The notes under the pieces: generated by a model | What the model was told of the DNA's origin: nothing | The model's database searches: none | What the model saw: only the letters and a program-made list of their open reading frames with translations | From: Haliotis asinina | Lineage: Eukaryota | Assembly: GCF_037392515.1 (NCBI RefSeq) | Contig: NC_090280.1 | Span: forward strand, 54,237,037 to 54,301,036 | Length of the DNA: 64,000 nt | Direction of reading: 5' to 3' | In this document: in pieces, positions 43,741 through 56,880 of the stretch | Numbering within the stretch: the stretch's first letter is position 1 | Layout: each line of letters starts with the position of its first letter | Made by a program: the position numbers and the translations under genes

Positions 43741-45495
43741 TATACTGTCAAATCATTCATTATTCTTATTTGCATTACGCGTTTTCCTCATTACACAATC
43801 TGTCAAATACGTGATATAAGACCATAAATGGTAATTATGTACTATGTACTAATGGCAGCCAGCGTTAGATGGCCAGTTCCGGGCAAATGCAACCACTTTC
43901 ATGGAAATGGCACCGTGAGCACAGTGAAAAGACACCCTTAAGAAAACGAACTTAAGAAAACAAACATACTGAATCATCATTTTGTTTATTGAACCCAATC
44001 AAGAATTACAAAAGTACGAATTATTTTTTGTTTTTATCTCAAGATATCAATACTAACAATGGAGCATGGTACAGAATAATCTGTGAACCACACGGGGTGA
44101 GTGAGTAATGATAGTTTACATGTTTTACAAAGGTTCACATGGAATAGTGACATCTATCTCTAGACATCAACGGAACAATTAGTCAGTGGAACATGATAAT
44201 CAAGAGCAAAATAAATATACCCCTTGAGTGAAAGAGTAACGGAGTAAATGTCTTTTCCCCCATTGAAGACTGCTACATCATCGAACGTGGTGAATGTGCA
44301 ATATTTTCATCACCACTTCAGATACAGGTGTTGCAAACAAAGACGCTGTGTGCTGTGCAAGTGGGTTTTGGGCACTTCAAATGTCTTCAATCTGAAGTCA
44401 GAGGTCTGGGGCAGGATGCGCGTCTCCGTTACTTTGGAGGAGGTCATATTGGTTCTTGAACAGCAGAAGTTTTGCCCCGGGAACCTCAAACAACTAAGCA
44501 TTGTTGCAGGAGACTCTGAGATGCTTTCTTCTATTTTGAGCCATTCTACGAACCACTTGTTCATCTAGCAGTTCTTCACCAAACTCCTACAAAAACGTCC
44601 GTCGTTTGCTTAGACTCTGATGATTCCATTATGGAGAGGAGTGTCATGTTCCTGGCTCCAGAGGACGTCTGTGCTTAGATCATTGCTGTATGTTACACCC
44701 GAGATTATCAGTATGGCAGCAAGAGTCAGGATCTCTGCATCATCTGTGTCCACCATCCAAATTGTATCCTTGCTGGCACAGATGTCACTGGCATATCGAT
44801 TCGTGTAGATGACAATGCTATTAACAATTTCAGGGGTCATGAAAAGTCTAAAGGCATGTCAAAAGAACCATTAACGTTTGTCACCTTACCATTTATTTGG
44901 CCTACAATGTTTCGGGGTGGTGTGAGTGAAGTTTGGAATGCCTTTTTGAACCACTGCGAATGATCTCGGCAATATCTGTCAGCCTCATTACGATCAATGA
45001 TCTGAGTCAGATCTTCAGATTCACTTGAATCTCTTAAATCATCAACCTCTCAAAGAATTCCATGAAATTACTTTTGTTGTGATAGCATACCCAATTAACC
45101 TTCTATCAAGTGTAAACTCTTATTAGGGCCCGTGCACACCCCATCTGGAGGGAAAGGAGTGTTGTTGTATGTTCTTTGATTGTAACAACAACTAAAGATA
45201 TTTCCAAAAGATAAAAATATGTATATGTTTGAATATGAACATAATAATATCATAATTTTGACGTGAACCATTTTAATATCATTTAATAAAAATCCGCCTT
45301 GGATTCCGTTTGGACCACGCTGTATTGCACAAGGGTTCTATCCAGTTGGCTTCTTCTGTTAACCGCAATATTACTCCTGACGCTAGAAGACCCACTTTAA
45401 CGGACATATATGTCTGTCCATTTGACATCTTGGATTAAGCACATTGCGTTTCACGTATGGGCCCTAGAAGAACGGACATATGTTTGGGCAATTAC

Positions 45496-45576
45496 CTTAA
45501 CCTTACCTTTACCTTTACCTTTACCTTTACCTTTACCTTTACCTTTACCTTTACCTTTACCTTTACCTTTACCTTT
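45496..45576. repeat. (CCTTTA)n hexanucleotide microsatellite
   Basis: Direct. Confidence 0.9.
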
Positions 45577-47122
45577 TGGGGCATCCTGGATGATCAGTGA
45601 CAGCCAACGCCATTCGTACAACTGATGACGGACCTACATACATCGTATATATGCTTGTCTTATTGACACCTTGGGTTAAGCACAATATTACTTTTCACTC
45701 GTGGATCCTAGAAGATAACTGTTAAAGGACATACTTGTCTGTTCATTTGGCACCTTGGGTTAAGCACGATATTTCCTCTCACGGGAGGACCCTGGAAGAA
45801 CCTGATTAGCAGTGGTCTTCAGCAATACATGGTCGGTATCAGGTGTTCAGGTTCACTGTCTTGTTTGACGAATGTCATTATGTTGCTCATTTTCCAAAAT
45901 ACTGGATTGTCTGGTCCAGACTCGATTATTTACCGACCGGCACAATAAAGCTAGAATATTGCTGAATGCCTTTCACGTATGTATAGTTACAATTCCCACA
46001 AACCTGTTTTCATAGAAACATAGTTTGTTTTTTTTATGATCGTCATTTCATTTCGGATTATGTGATAAATTTCTATTATCTGGACCATTTTCCTACAGAA
46101 GATGTCCAAAAGTCACGTAAACAGTTGATCATTTGTATCCGTTTGATTTCTTTTACCAGTGATCGGATTAGGCACAGTAGTCATCGGGCAGGCCTAAACT
46201 CAAGTGTAAAACGAAAAACATCCAGTTTACCGTCTTCTAAATCAAAGAAACTTTCTAAACATTAACGGAGACTAGTGACGCCTCCTTCCGCTACTTGTTT
46301 TCATTCGGAAATATGTTCACATGTTTTAGTACTGATCGCAAGATAAATACTAAACAAGTTTTTTTAAATTTCATCTAAAAACTCAATTCAAGAATGAATA
46401 AATGTTCAATCTAAAGATTATTTATTTGATTTCTTAAGCCATCGCATTGAAGTGAGTGCTGTATGGATTAATGAATTAAATACGAGTGATGTCGTAATCT
46501 TCAGCCATTTGAATAAAAGTAACAAAACACTTTCCACATCCCTGCTAAAAGCGGAGTCACATAATCACGGCGAACCAGGAAGAACGAAGATCACAGGATT
46601 ACTGCACGACCAAGGGAGACAACTCCGTGTTTATAAATCCTTGGTCCTCTGGCTCGTATATGAAAGTACCACTAGAATATATATTACCAGCATATCATCA
46701 GAGTCTGAAATGCATACACAGGTTTCAACATATATATGTTATGTTCCAAAGTAAGTAGCCTACTCATGGTGAATGTCAGACATTTTGTTGTTGTCAGTAA
46801 TTAACATGTATGCTAACTTTCTTCAACTTCCTTGTGACAGTTTCAATCTCGAACATACACCATTTGTCTGCAGCATTTTTTCGCAGTCAAAATTATTTGA
46901 CATTGATAGTTGTAGTTGTTTCCTTCAGGTCAAAATGTAGTCTTCGTCACAAAAACTGATATGGATTGAGTGTTGTTGTAATTCTTTTCCGTCACGCTTC
47001 AAGATAAATTATGGCGAAAATCAGAAATGTGACGCATTTACACAAGATAGATGAACAGGACAGGGCCATGTAATACACAAGCAGTTTAGTTTATCCACTG
47101 GTTTGCAAGAAGCTCAGACATC

Positions 47123-47194
47123 ATGGGTTATCTCAGCTGCCTCATGGTATTCGTGTGTCTGGTTGGAAATGGTGTGACTCAGTGGCCCGCGCGG
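47123..47194 (+). CDS. Host gene B, exon 1 (signal peptide MGYLSCLMVFVCLVGNGVTQWPAR)
   Basis: ATG, hydrophobic signal peptide, donor |gtaagt at 47195. Same length and phase as gene A exon 1. Confidence 0.5.
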
Positions 47195-47403
47195 GTAAGT
47201 CTGTACGCGGTATGCATATACTGACAGTAGGAAATGACGAAATCATGATCATTTCCCATTTTGAAATAATTTGTCTGAGGAATAGTTACGTACATCAACT
47301 GGTGCTAGTTCGACGCTGAGTGGGATGCTTGGGGCCCTGACGTGAAAGTGCCAAAACGGCGTAAAATAATGCTCTGTCAGTGACTTAAATTCGCTTGTTT
47401 CAG

Positions 47404-47571
47404 CCGGGGTCCAGGAGAGCTGAGTGGCTGCGGGTAGTGAGCCCAACCCTCAATATAACTGAGTATGCGTACATCTGGAATGAGTTATCTGGGATCGGTT
47501 TAATGTCCCGATCCAAGAGTCTGATTGGGTCTGGCATCTCTAGGAGCCGCACCTTCACAGAATACAACAAG
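47404..47571 (+). CDS. Host gene B, exon 2
   Basis: Acceptor cttgtttcag|, donor aag|gtaagg, 168 nt, paralogous to gene A exon 2 (...RVVSPTLNITEYAYIWNELSGIGLMSRSKSL...). Confidence 0.55.
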
Positions 47572-47837
47572 GTAAGGCATGGTGGTAAGGAGATGAGGTG
47601 TATATAAGGGGAAGTGCAGACAGGGCATGTCCACTGTATCATATGATTGATGGAGAGTGGGGACTGTGATTTATGGATATACAACTTCTTTTATTTAGTG
47701 ACTGCACTATATCATAGTCCTCATTCTCAAGGAACTCAACTTCTAGAATGCCTATCAAAGATGTCATATGACTGCGGTCTGGGCAATAAGGATGCTTCAG
47801 TGTCAGATGTGGCACATATGACCATTGTCTGATCTAA

Positions 47838-49050
47838 TTGGTTGGGTCCATTGTGTGACCTGACCAACTCTGTTCATTCTGTGGTCTTGTTAACTGGGTT
47901 CATGGTGTGACTTGACTGATGGGGTTCATGGTGTGACCTGATTGATTGGGTTCATTGTGTGACCTGTTTGGTGTCATGTGGCGACTTCGCTGATCGGGTT
48001 CATTGTGTGACCTGAAGGATTTGGTTTGTGGTGTGACTTGACTGATAGGGTTCATGGTGTGACCTCACTGATTGGGTTCTTCGTGTGACCTGTTTGGTGT
48101 CATTTGGCGACTTGGCTGATTGGGTTAATTGTGTGACCTGAATGATTTGGTTTGTGGTGTGACTTGACTGAATGGGTTCATGGTGTGACCTGAATGATTT
48201 CATTGTGCGACCCGGCTGATTTGGTTCATTGTGTTATCTGACTGACTGGGTTTATTGTGCGACCTGACTTACTGAATTCATTGTTTTATTTGACTGATTG
48301 CGTTCATTGTATTATCTGACTCACCGAGTTTACTGTGTTGTCAGATTCATTAGGTTCATTGTGACATCTGACTGATTGGGCTCATTGTGATATCTGATTG
48401 ATGTGGTTCATTGTGGATACATTGTCTGGCCTGGATACATTGTCAGGTCAAATTGACTGGAATCATTGTCAGATCAAGCTGACATTATTCATTGCCAGGT
48501 CAAACTGACTGGATTCATTGTCATGTCAAACTGACTGCATTCATTGTCAGGTCCAATTGACTGGAATCATTGACAGATCAAGCTGACATTATACATTGTC
48601 AAGTCAAGCTTACTGGATTCATTGCCAGGCCAAACTAACTGGATTCATTGTCAGACCAAGCTAACAGTATTCAGTGACAGGTCCATTGTGAAGCCAATGA
48701 AACTGAATTCACTGTGAAGCCAAACTGACGGTATTCATTGTCTGGTCAAGCTAAATGGATTCATTGTGGCGTCAAACTTACTGGATTCATTCTCAGGTCA
48801 AACCTGCTGGATTCATTTTCAGGTCAAACTAACAGTATTCACTGTGTGACCAAACTGACAGGATTCTTTGTCTGGTCAAACCGACGTGATTCATCGTGTG
48901 ATCAAACTGACTGAATTCATTGTCAGGTCCATACGTCTGGCCAAAGTGACTGGGTTCATTGTTTGATCAAACTTACTGTATTCATTGTGTGGTCACAGTG
49001 ACCGGGTTCATTACCTGCTATCTCTCACTGGTTTCATTGTGTGATATTGT
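47838..49050. repeat. Minisatellite, about 1.2 kb, degenerate 26-30-bp units (ggttcattgtgtgacctgactgattg, drifting to ggattcattgtcaggtcaaactgact)
   Basis: Repetition visible directly. Lies in intron 2 of gene B. Confidence 0.8.
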
Positions 49051-49148
49051 TTCCCTCGATTACTGACAAAGGTGGACTGCGTTGCCACAGCTGCATGTTC
49101 ACACACTAAATGAGAATAAACCGTCTTCTGACTGTTACTTATTTTCAG

Positions 49149-49262
49149 GCTAAGCTCGCACTCAAGCTACGAAGGGACATTGGTAAAACCTGCTTCCTAT
49201 TCGACGTTCCTCCTGCTCTCATCGGCACGTTCAATAAAACAAGTACCGATTTACAGGCGCTA
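49149..49262 (+). CDS. Host gene B, exon 3
   Basis: Acceptor ttattttcag|, donor cta|gtaagt, 114 nt (AKLALKLRRDIGKTCFLFDVPPALIGTFNKTSTDLQAL). Confidence 0.55.
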
Positions 49263-49773
49263 GTAAGTAGCGTTCAATCTCGACTGTATCTTTTTAATAA
49301 GGGATGGGGTCTTACAGTCGTTGAAACAGAGGGTCACATTCCATAAAAAGAAATAGGAGTGCAAAACATAAGTCAATTTAATAGTGCCATTGTAATGTTT
49401 GTTGAACACCTGTCATCAAATGGTATGTCATATGTTCTTGTGTTTGTCAAAAGGAGGGAGGTGTACATCCATACCCCGAAACTCACTATCCCCCTTTAAT
49501 ACCCCGGGAGTTTGGTTGGTTCACGCCGCACTCCACAACACTCTGGCGCTGGTCTCCAAATCAATCGTGTCAGAACCAGGCAAAACAATGACCAACAGCA
49601 TGAGCATGGATTTACGTAATTGGGATACGATGACATGTATCAACCAAGTCAGCGCGAATGACTACCCGATAGATGGGTTTTTGAAGATATAATGTAACGC
49701 TATGGGTTTAATACGCCGGGATCAGACACACATTGGGTGTAGTACATACACTATTGTATTTCTACTCTTTCAG

Positions 49774-49930
49774 AGAGTACTAAACACGACAGTCGAGAAA
49801 AGCTACCAGACAGTGGGTGCAATCTTGAATGCCACCAGCCAAAGAGCATTTGACCTGCAACATCCCTTCATTAAAGACAAGTGTTCCAAATGGGCCTACA
49901 ACTACATGTCGACCACAGAATTGGCTGCAG
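49774..49930 (+). CDS. Host gene B, exon 4
   Basis: Acceptor ctctttcag|, donor gcag|gtatgg, 157 nt (...VLNTTVEKSYQTVGAILNATSQRAFDLQHPFIKDKCSKWAYNYMSTTELAA...). Confidence 0.55.
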
Positions 49931-50089
49931 GTATGGGTGCTGTGTTTATTTTCTCGGTCATTAGCTGGTATTTTACTGGAATTGGACATTAGGCTTTATT
50001 AGTCTCTACATTATGTAAGTAATCAGAAATGCGATGATCTATGTCGATCTGCTAATTTGAGAACCTGTTTGTGTTTAATGATAAGGATT

Positions 50090-53000
50090 GGTTTTTCTTA
50101 TGATGGTGGATAATGATTAGCATTGCTGTTGATGATGATGGTGACAATTGATTGAGGAGGTTGTTGTCGGTGATGGTGATAAACGATTAAGAATGTCGTT
50201 GATGATGGTTGTTAATGATTGGGAAGGTTTTTGTTGCTGGTAATGACTAGGATGTCTGTTGTTGATAATGGTGGTTAACGATTAGGAACGTTCTTGCTGG
50301 TAATGACTAGGATGTCTGTTGTTGATAATGGTGGTTAACGATTAGGAACGTTCTTGCTGGTAATGGTCGTCAATGACTAGGATGTCTGTTGTTGATAATG
50401 GTGGTTAACGATTAGGAACGTTCTTGCTGGTAATGGTCGTCAATGACTAGGATGTCTGTTGTTGATAATGGTGGTTAACGATTAGGAACGTTCTTGCTGG
50501 TAATGACTAGGATGTCTGTTGTTGATAATGGTGGTTAACGATTAGGAACGTTCTTGCTGGTAATGGTCGTCAATGACTAGGATGTCTGTTGTTGATAATG
50601 GTGGTTAACGATTAGGAACGTTCTTGCTGGTAATGGTCGTCAATGACTAGGATGTCTGTTGTTGATAATGGTGGTTAACGATTAGGAACGTTCTTGCTGG
50701 TAATGGTGGTTAATGATTAGGAACGTTGTTGCTGGTAGTGGTCGTTAATGGTCAGGATGTCTGTTGTTGATAATGGTGGTTAACGATTAGGAACGTTCTT
50801 GCTGGTAATGGTGGTTAATGATTAGGAACGTTGTTGCTGGTAGTGGTCGTTAATGGTCAGGATGGCTGTTGTTGATAATAGTGGTTAATGATTAGGAACG
50901 TTGTTGCTGGTAATGGTCGTTCATGATTAGGAGGACTGTTGTTGCTAATTGTGGTTAATCATTAGGAACGTTGTTATTGCTGATGATGGTCGTTAATGAT
51001 CAGGATGGCTGTTGTTGATAATTGTGGTTAATCATTGGGAACGTTGTTGCTGGTAATGATCGTTAATGGTCAGGATGGCTGTTGTTGATAATAGTGGTTA
51101 ATGATTAGGAACGTTGTTGCTGGTAATGATCGTTAATGATCAGGATGGCTGTTGTTGATAATAGTGGTTAATCATTAGGAACGTTGTTGCTAATGATCGT
51201 TAATGATCAGGATGGCTGTTGTTGATAATAGTGGTTAATCATTAGGAACGTTGTTGCTGGTAATGATCGTTAATGATCAGGATGGCTGTTGTTGATAATA
51301 GTGGTTAATCATTAGGAACGTTGTTATTGCTGATAATGGTCGTTAATGATCAGGATGGCTGTTGTTGCTAATTGTGGTTAATCATTAGGAACGTTGTTGC
51401 TAATGGTCGTTGATGATCAGGATGGCTGTTGTTGATAATAGTGGTTAATCATTAGGAACGTTGTTGCTAATGATCGTTAATGATCAGGATGGCTGTTGTT
51501 GATAATAGTGGTTAATCATTAGGAACGTTGTTGCTGGTAATGATCGTTAATGATCAGGATGGCTGTTGTTGATAATAGTGGTTAATCATTAGGAACGTTG
51601 TTATTGCTGATAATGGTCGTTCATGATCAGGATGACTGTTGTTGCTAATTGTGGTTAATCATTAGGAACGTTGTTGCTAATGATCGTTAATGATCAGGAT
51701 GGCTGTTGTTGATAATAGTGGTTAATCATTAGGAACGTTGTTGCTGGTAATGATCGTTAATGATCAGGATGGCTGTTGTTGATAATAGTGGTTAATCATT
51801 AGGAACGTTGTTATTGCTGATAATGGTCGTTAATGATCAGGATGGCTGTTGTTGCTAATTGTGGTTAATCATTAGGAACGTTGTTGCTAATGATCGTTAA
51901 TGATCAGGATGGCTGTTGTTGATAATAGTGGTTAATCATTAGGAACGTTGTTGCTGGTAATGATCGTTAATGATCAGGATGGCTGTTGTTGATAATAGTG
52001 GTTAATGATTAGGAACGTTGTTGCTGGTAATGATCGTTAATGATCAGGATGGCTGTTGTTGATAATAGTGGTTAATCATTAGGAACGTTGTTGCTGGTAA
52101 TGATCGTTAATGATCAGGATGGCTGTTGTTGATAATAGTGGTTAATCATTAGGAACGTTGTTGCTGGTAATGATCGTTAATGATCAGGATGGCTGTTGTT
52201 GATAATAGTGGTTAATCATTAGGAACGTTGTTGCTGGTAATGATCGTTAATGATCAGGATGGCTGTTGTTGATAATAGTGGTTAATCATTAGGAACGTTG
52301 TTGCTGGTAATGATCGTTAATGATCAGGATGGCTGTTGTTGATAATAGTGGTTAATCATTAGGAACGTTGTTATTGCTGATAATGGTCGTTAATGATCAG
52401 GATGGCTGTTGTTGCTAATTGTGGTTAATCATTAGGAACGTTGTTGCTAATGATCGTTAATGATCAGGATGGCTGTTGTTGATAATAGTGGTTAATCATT
52501 AGGAACGTTGTTGCTGGTAATGATCGTTAATGATCAGGATGGCTGTTGTTGATAATAGTGGTTAATGATTAGGAACGTTGTTGCTGGTAATGATCGTTAA
52601 TGATCAGGATGGCTGTTGTTGCTAATTGTGGTTAATCATTAGGAACGTTGTTGCTGGTAATGATCGTTAATGATCAGGATGGCTGTTGTTGATAATAGTG
52701 GTTAATGATTAGGAACGTTGTTGCTGGTAATGATCGTTAATGATCAGGATGGCTGTTGTTGCTAATTGTGGTTAATCATTAGGAACGTTGTTGCTGGTAA
52801 TGATCGTTAATGATCAGGATGGCTGTTGTTGATAATAGTGGTTAATGATTAGGAACGTTGTTGCTGGTAATGATCGTTCATGATCAGGATGACTGTTGTT
52901 GCTAATTGTGGTTAATCATTAGGAACGTTGTTATTGCTGATAATGGTCGTCAATGATCAGGATGGCTGTTGTTGCTAATTGTGGTTAATCATTAGGAACG

Positions 53001-53235
53001 TTGTTGCTGGTAATGATCGTTAATGATCAGGATGGCTGTTGTTGATAATAGTGGTTAATGATTAGGAACGTTGTTGCTGGTAATGATCGTTAATGATCAG
53101 GATGGCTGTTGTTGCTAATTGTGGTTAATCATTAGGAACGTTGTTGCTGGTAATGATCGTTAATGATCAGGATGGCTGTTGTTGCTAATTGTGGTTAATG
53201 ATTAGGATGGTTGTTCCTGATGATGGTGGGCATTT
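50090..53235. repeat. Satellite array, about 3.15 kb, 70-bp unit made of two diverged 35-bp half-units, with periodic variant units (higher-order structure)
   Basis: Unit ttgctggtaatgatcgttaatgatcaggatggctgttgttgataatagtggttaatcattaggaacgttg, repeated about 45 times. Variant units (ttattgctgataatggtcgt...gctaattgtgg) recur every few repeats. Lies in intron 4 of gene B. Confidence 0.85.
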
Positions 53236-53883
53236 TATGTTTCTTTTTAAACAAGTGCTGACCGATAATTAAAAGCAATTCATATATACTTCCACTGAAA
53301 ATTCACATTAAACTGTTTATTGTTGTCAGTATAAAACCCTGCTAGATGTAGAAAAATACTTGAATTGTAATATTTGCTTACATATGAGATCTGCCCATTC
53401 CAAATTCAGACGTGGAGACAGGAGATATGAAAATATTGCCTGTAATGAAATATTTTGTTTACTTCGTAAATCAAAAGGTATTACTGTTGTTGAAAATGAG
53501 TGGTATATTTTGCATATTTGTGAATGAATGTTTATGATTTTCGAGATAAATATATTGTGAAATATGTAAGTCAGCCTCCGACAATAACCAACGTTATTCA
53601 CATAATGCAATCTGCTAATGTCGATGTGATTAAGAATTTTTCTCTATTTTGTACAAATTAGAATCTACAGCTGAACATGTTTATAAACTAATGTGTACCG
53701 TTCGTGTGATGTGTGATCATGCATTTGACTGTACTATAGGCCAGTGACGTTTTACCATATAAAATTGTCTGCCTGATAAGGATTGTTGGTGGGCTGATGG
53801 TGGTGGCAAATTATAGGAGTGGGTGTTGTTGATAATGGTAGTCATTGACAATGATTGTTGTTGATGCAGAAGATTAACGGCAA

Positions 53884-53985
53884 GGATGGTTGTTAACGAT
53901 AATTAGGATGGTTGTTAACGATAATTAGGATGGTTGTTAACGATAATTAGGATGGTTGTTAACGATAATTAGGATGGTTATTGCT
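53884..53985. repeat. 22-bp tandem repeat x 4.5 (ggatggttgttaacgataatta)
   Basis: Direct repetition. Related in sequence to the 70-bp satellite half-unit. Confidence 0.7.
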
Positions 53986-54088
53986 GGTGGTGGTGGTTTA
54001 TTATAGTGATGTTTGGTTATGACTATGATGTTGATTATGAGATGTGTAATGATAATAATGATTGTTGACGATGGTTTCCTCTTCCCAG

Positions 54089-54207
54089 GAGCTGCTCCCC
54101 CGCCTGCAAGTGATAAGTTCACAGTTTTCACCACATGGGGGAAGGTGCATCTCTACATCCTTCAATCAACCGGTCTTGTACCCACCACTGAAGCTCCTGT
54201 TCTGTAA
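54089..54207 (+). CDS. Host gene B, terminal exon 5 (stop TAA at 54205-54207)
   Basis: Acceptor tttcctcttcccag|, 119 nt, same phase as gene A exon 5 (...GAAPPPASDKFTVFTTWGKVHLYILQSTGLVPTTEAPVL*). Intron 4 (49931-54088) contains the 3.2-kb satellite. Confidence 0.5.
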
Positions 54208-56724
54208 AGCAGCATCTTGTAGTCTTCAGTATAATGAAACACGATCGCTCCTCCATGTCTGTGTCTTATGTACCTTGATACAAGGCAAACCTCATTCAGT
54301 ACAAAGGCATATGGTGATGTGATGTGGTGTTAGATGAGTGATGTGATGTATTTCAGTCGTGATATGAAGTGGTTTTTGTTTGATGTTTGCGGAAGTGAGG
54401 CTGATGAGAATTGTGTAATGTGAAATGAGTTCGTGTGTGATGAGATGTGTGCGACGTAAGATGAGCTGGTGTGTGATGAGTGATGAGTAATGTGAGATGA
54501 CTTGGTGTGAGATGAGAGGTGTGTGATGTAAGATGAGCTGATCTGTGATGAGTGATGTGTAATGTGACTTGAGCTGGTGTGTGATTAGAGGTGTATAATG
54601 TGAGATTAGCTGGTGTGTGATGAGAGGTGTGTGAAGTTGGTGTGTGGTGAGTGATGAGTATTGTATGATGAGTCGCTATGTGATGAGTGATATGAGATTA
54701 GTTGGTGAGTGATGAGTGATGTGATGCGTGATGACAGGTGTATGATGTGAGTTGAGCTGGTATGTGATGAGTGATGAGTAATGTTAGATGTGAGTGATTC
54801 AGGTTGTGTTGTCTCGGATGAGTGATGGACCACTGAATGATGTGTTGTGTGACGCAAAATATTGTGACGTCAGGTTGATGTGTGCGGAAAGATAACATCC
54901 CCGGTCCGTATTTGTGAAATGGTATTTACCGAATTATACACTTCACCAAAATAATTCAAATATATTTACTGTAGACACTCGGCAATGATTGGTGTGTATT
55001 GGTCGTCTACCAACCGGTCGACTTCATGTGGGAGGAGAGCCCTGAGCTAGTCTTAGACATTTAATACCAGGGTGAGACCTACGAACGTGGATACTGTGTT
55101 AATAAACCTCCAAACATAAACCATGCCGAACCGGGATTCGAACATCGATTGTAGATTCCGTTCACGCCCAAGGGAAGCGACTCTTCAAAGGTGACAGCTG
55201 ATATGAAGAATTATGGCAATGGTCAGCAACACATGTATTAATGGTAATACAATATATATTACACAGAACAAAGGTAATGGTCAGCACAGATCAACTGGGT
55301 TCAATATAAAGATTATTGGCATCTTAAAGATATCTTTATGTCTATATTGATATAGGCCTTAGAAGAAGAATAAAAAACGCAGACGAATTACTCGGGTCCC
55401 GAAAAGACAGGAAATATTTAATAAGTATCTTTAGATTACTTCTGGCTACATGAGTAGATTCTTCCAATTCGAAAATGACTGACTAGTACGGGAAAAAGCT
55501 CGCAAACGTCATGTGTCACCCATTGTAGAAAACAATACGATAAAATATATGAAACATATAAGAAGTTTCATTACGCCATTATTGGAAATATTAACAACAT
55601 TAATTTACAGACATGGTATTTTAAATATTCAAAATAATCATAGCATCAATTCAAGACATGAATAATTAATTTATGAAATATGTATTTCATTGCAGGATAT
55701 CAGGAATTGAATTCGGACATCATAACAAAACATGATGTATAAATATAATTAAATCCTACCATGATAGCATTAATGTCGATATGGACAAATATTTTAAGGA
55801 TATCTTTAATTCAATTCAACATCTCCTTCATTTCATGATATCACGAATCGTATTGTAAATATATAATAACTATATTTAAGATATCTAGAACTTTTATTCA
55901 AGGTACATGCACACATGTATGTCTAACTTATTCAAGATATATTTTATCTGTATCTTTCTATCACTAAATAATATCGCATAAAATGTGGTAACGTCTGGTC
56001 AGATAACATGAAGCTGATGATACGATTTATGTTTGAATACATTGATTTGTTTATTCATTCACATTATTCGGTAATTAAAACATGTACTCTACCATACTAA
56101 CAACATTTTCCATAATGAAAATCTTTTATTGTGCGGGATAAATCAACAGCATGCCACATCCACTACAGATGAGTAAAAACAACAACAAAAGGAAACATTT
56201 TTAACATAAAATACATACAAACGCATACGTTTATGAAACAACAGAGAAACAGTAGATTATTGGAAATGAAAATGAGCTGGTAAATGTTCCTCCACAGATC
56301 GACAGGGAGTGACAACTGCAAGAACAACGGACAGTTATATTTATGTGTGACGATTAAAGAATTCTTGAACTAAAGACAGATTTGAAATTATAATTTATCT
56401 CATAATCATATTTAGCTCATCCTGCTTTTATTGAAATTGATCTATATGTGGATCTCAACAATCGGGGCCTAGATTTTGTAACCTCTTTTCGCGCTAAGAT
56501 AGTCGTAAGTTAATGGTAATGTTAGTGAAAATCTAGGTCCTGGATCTTTCAACTCAGCATTCCAGTGCATGGCCCATTTGGAAATTTTCTTCCACTTTAC
56601 TTGCATTCGAACGTGACGGTCTGTCCAACGATGAACTATCGTTTTCCAATTACAGAGGGTCGTAGAATCACCTGGAGTGGTGAAGTAAAGATAGAATTAC
56701 TAGGTCATCACCTGTCCTGGCTGA

Positions 56725-56880
56725 AGGGGAACGATAGGGTAACCAAGTGGTTAAAGCGCTCGCCCGTCACGCTGAAGACCCGGGCTCGATTCCCCATAAG
56801 GATACAATGTGTGAAGCCCATTTCTGAAGTTCCTCGCATTGCAGGAATGTTGCTAAAGCTTGTGTGCCATACTTGGACGA
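56725..56880 (+). mobile_element. tRNA-derived SINE copy
   Basis: gtggttaaagcgctcgcccgtcacgctgaagacccgggctcgattcccc: A and B boxes with no acceptor-stem complement, so it is not a tRNA gene. Confidence 0.5.

Noticed and set aside
44248-45000. Overlapping ORFs on both strands (44248-44840) that might be a transposase
   Set aside because: I could not recognise any transposase or RT motif, so it is left unannotated.
50090-53235. Highly regular repeats that could superficially suggest a CRISPR array
   Set aside because: The units are contiguous 70-bp tandem copies with no unique spacers, and the context is eukaryotic intronic. It is a satellite.
54310-54900. His/Ser/Thr-rich ORFs (54606-54898)
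   Set aside because: They arise from a degenerate gtgatgagtgatg-type repeat and have no start or splice context.
56725-56800. tRNA gene (A-box and B-box present)
   Set aside because: There is no 3' sequence complementary to the 5' acceptor stem. The head is followed by a family-specific tail shared with diverged copies at 13085 and 18800, so it is a tRNA-derived SINE.
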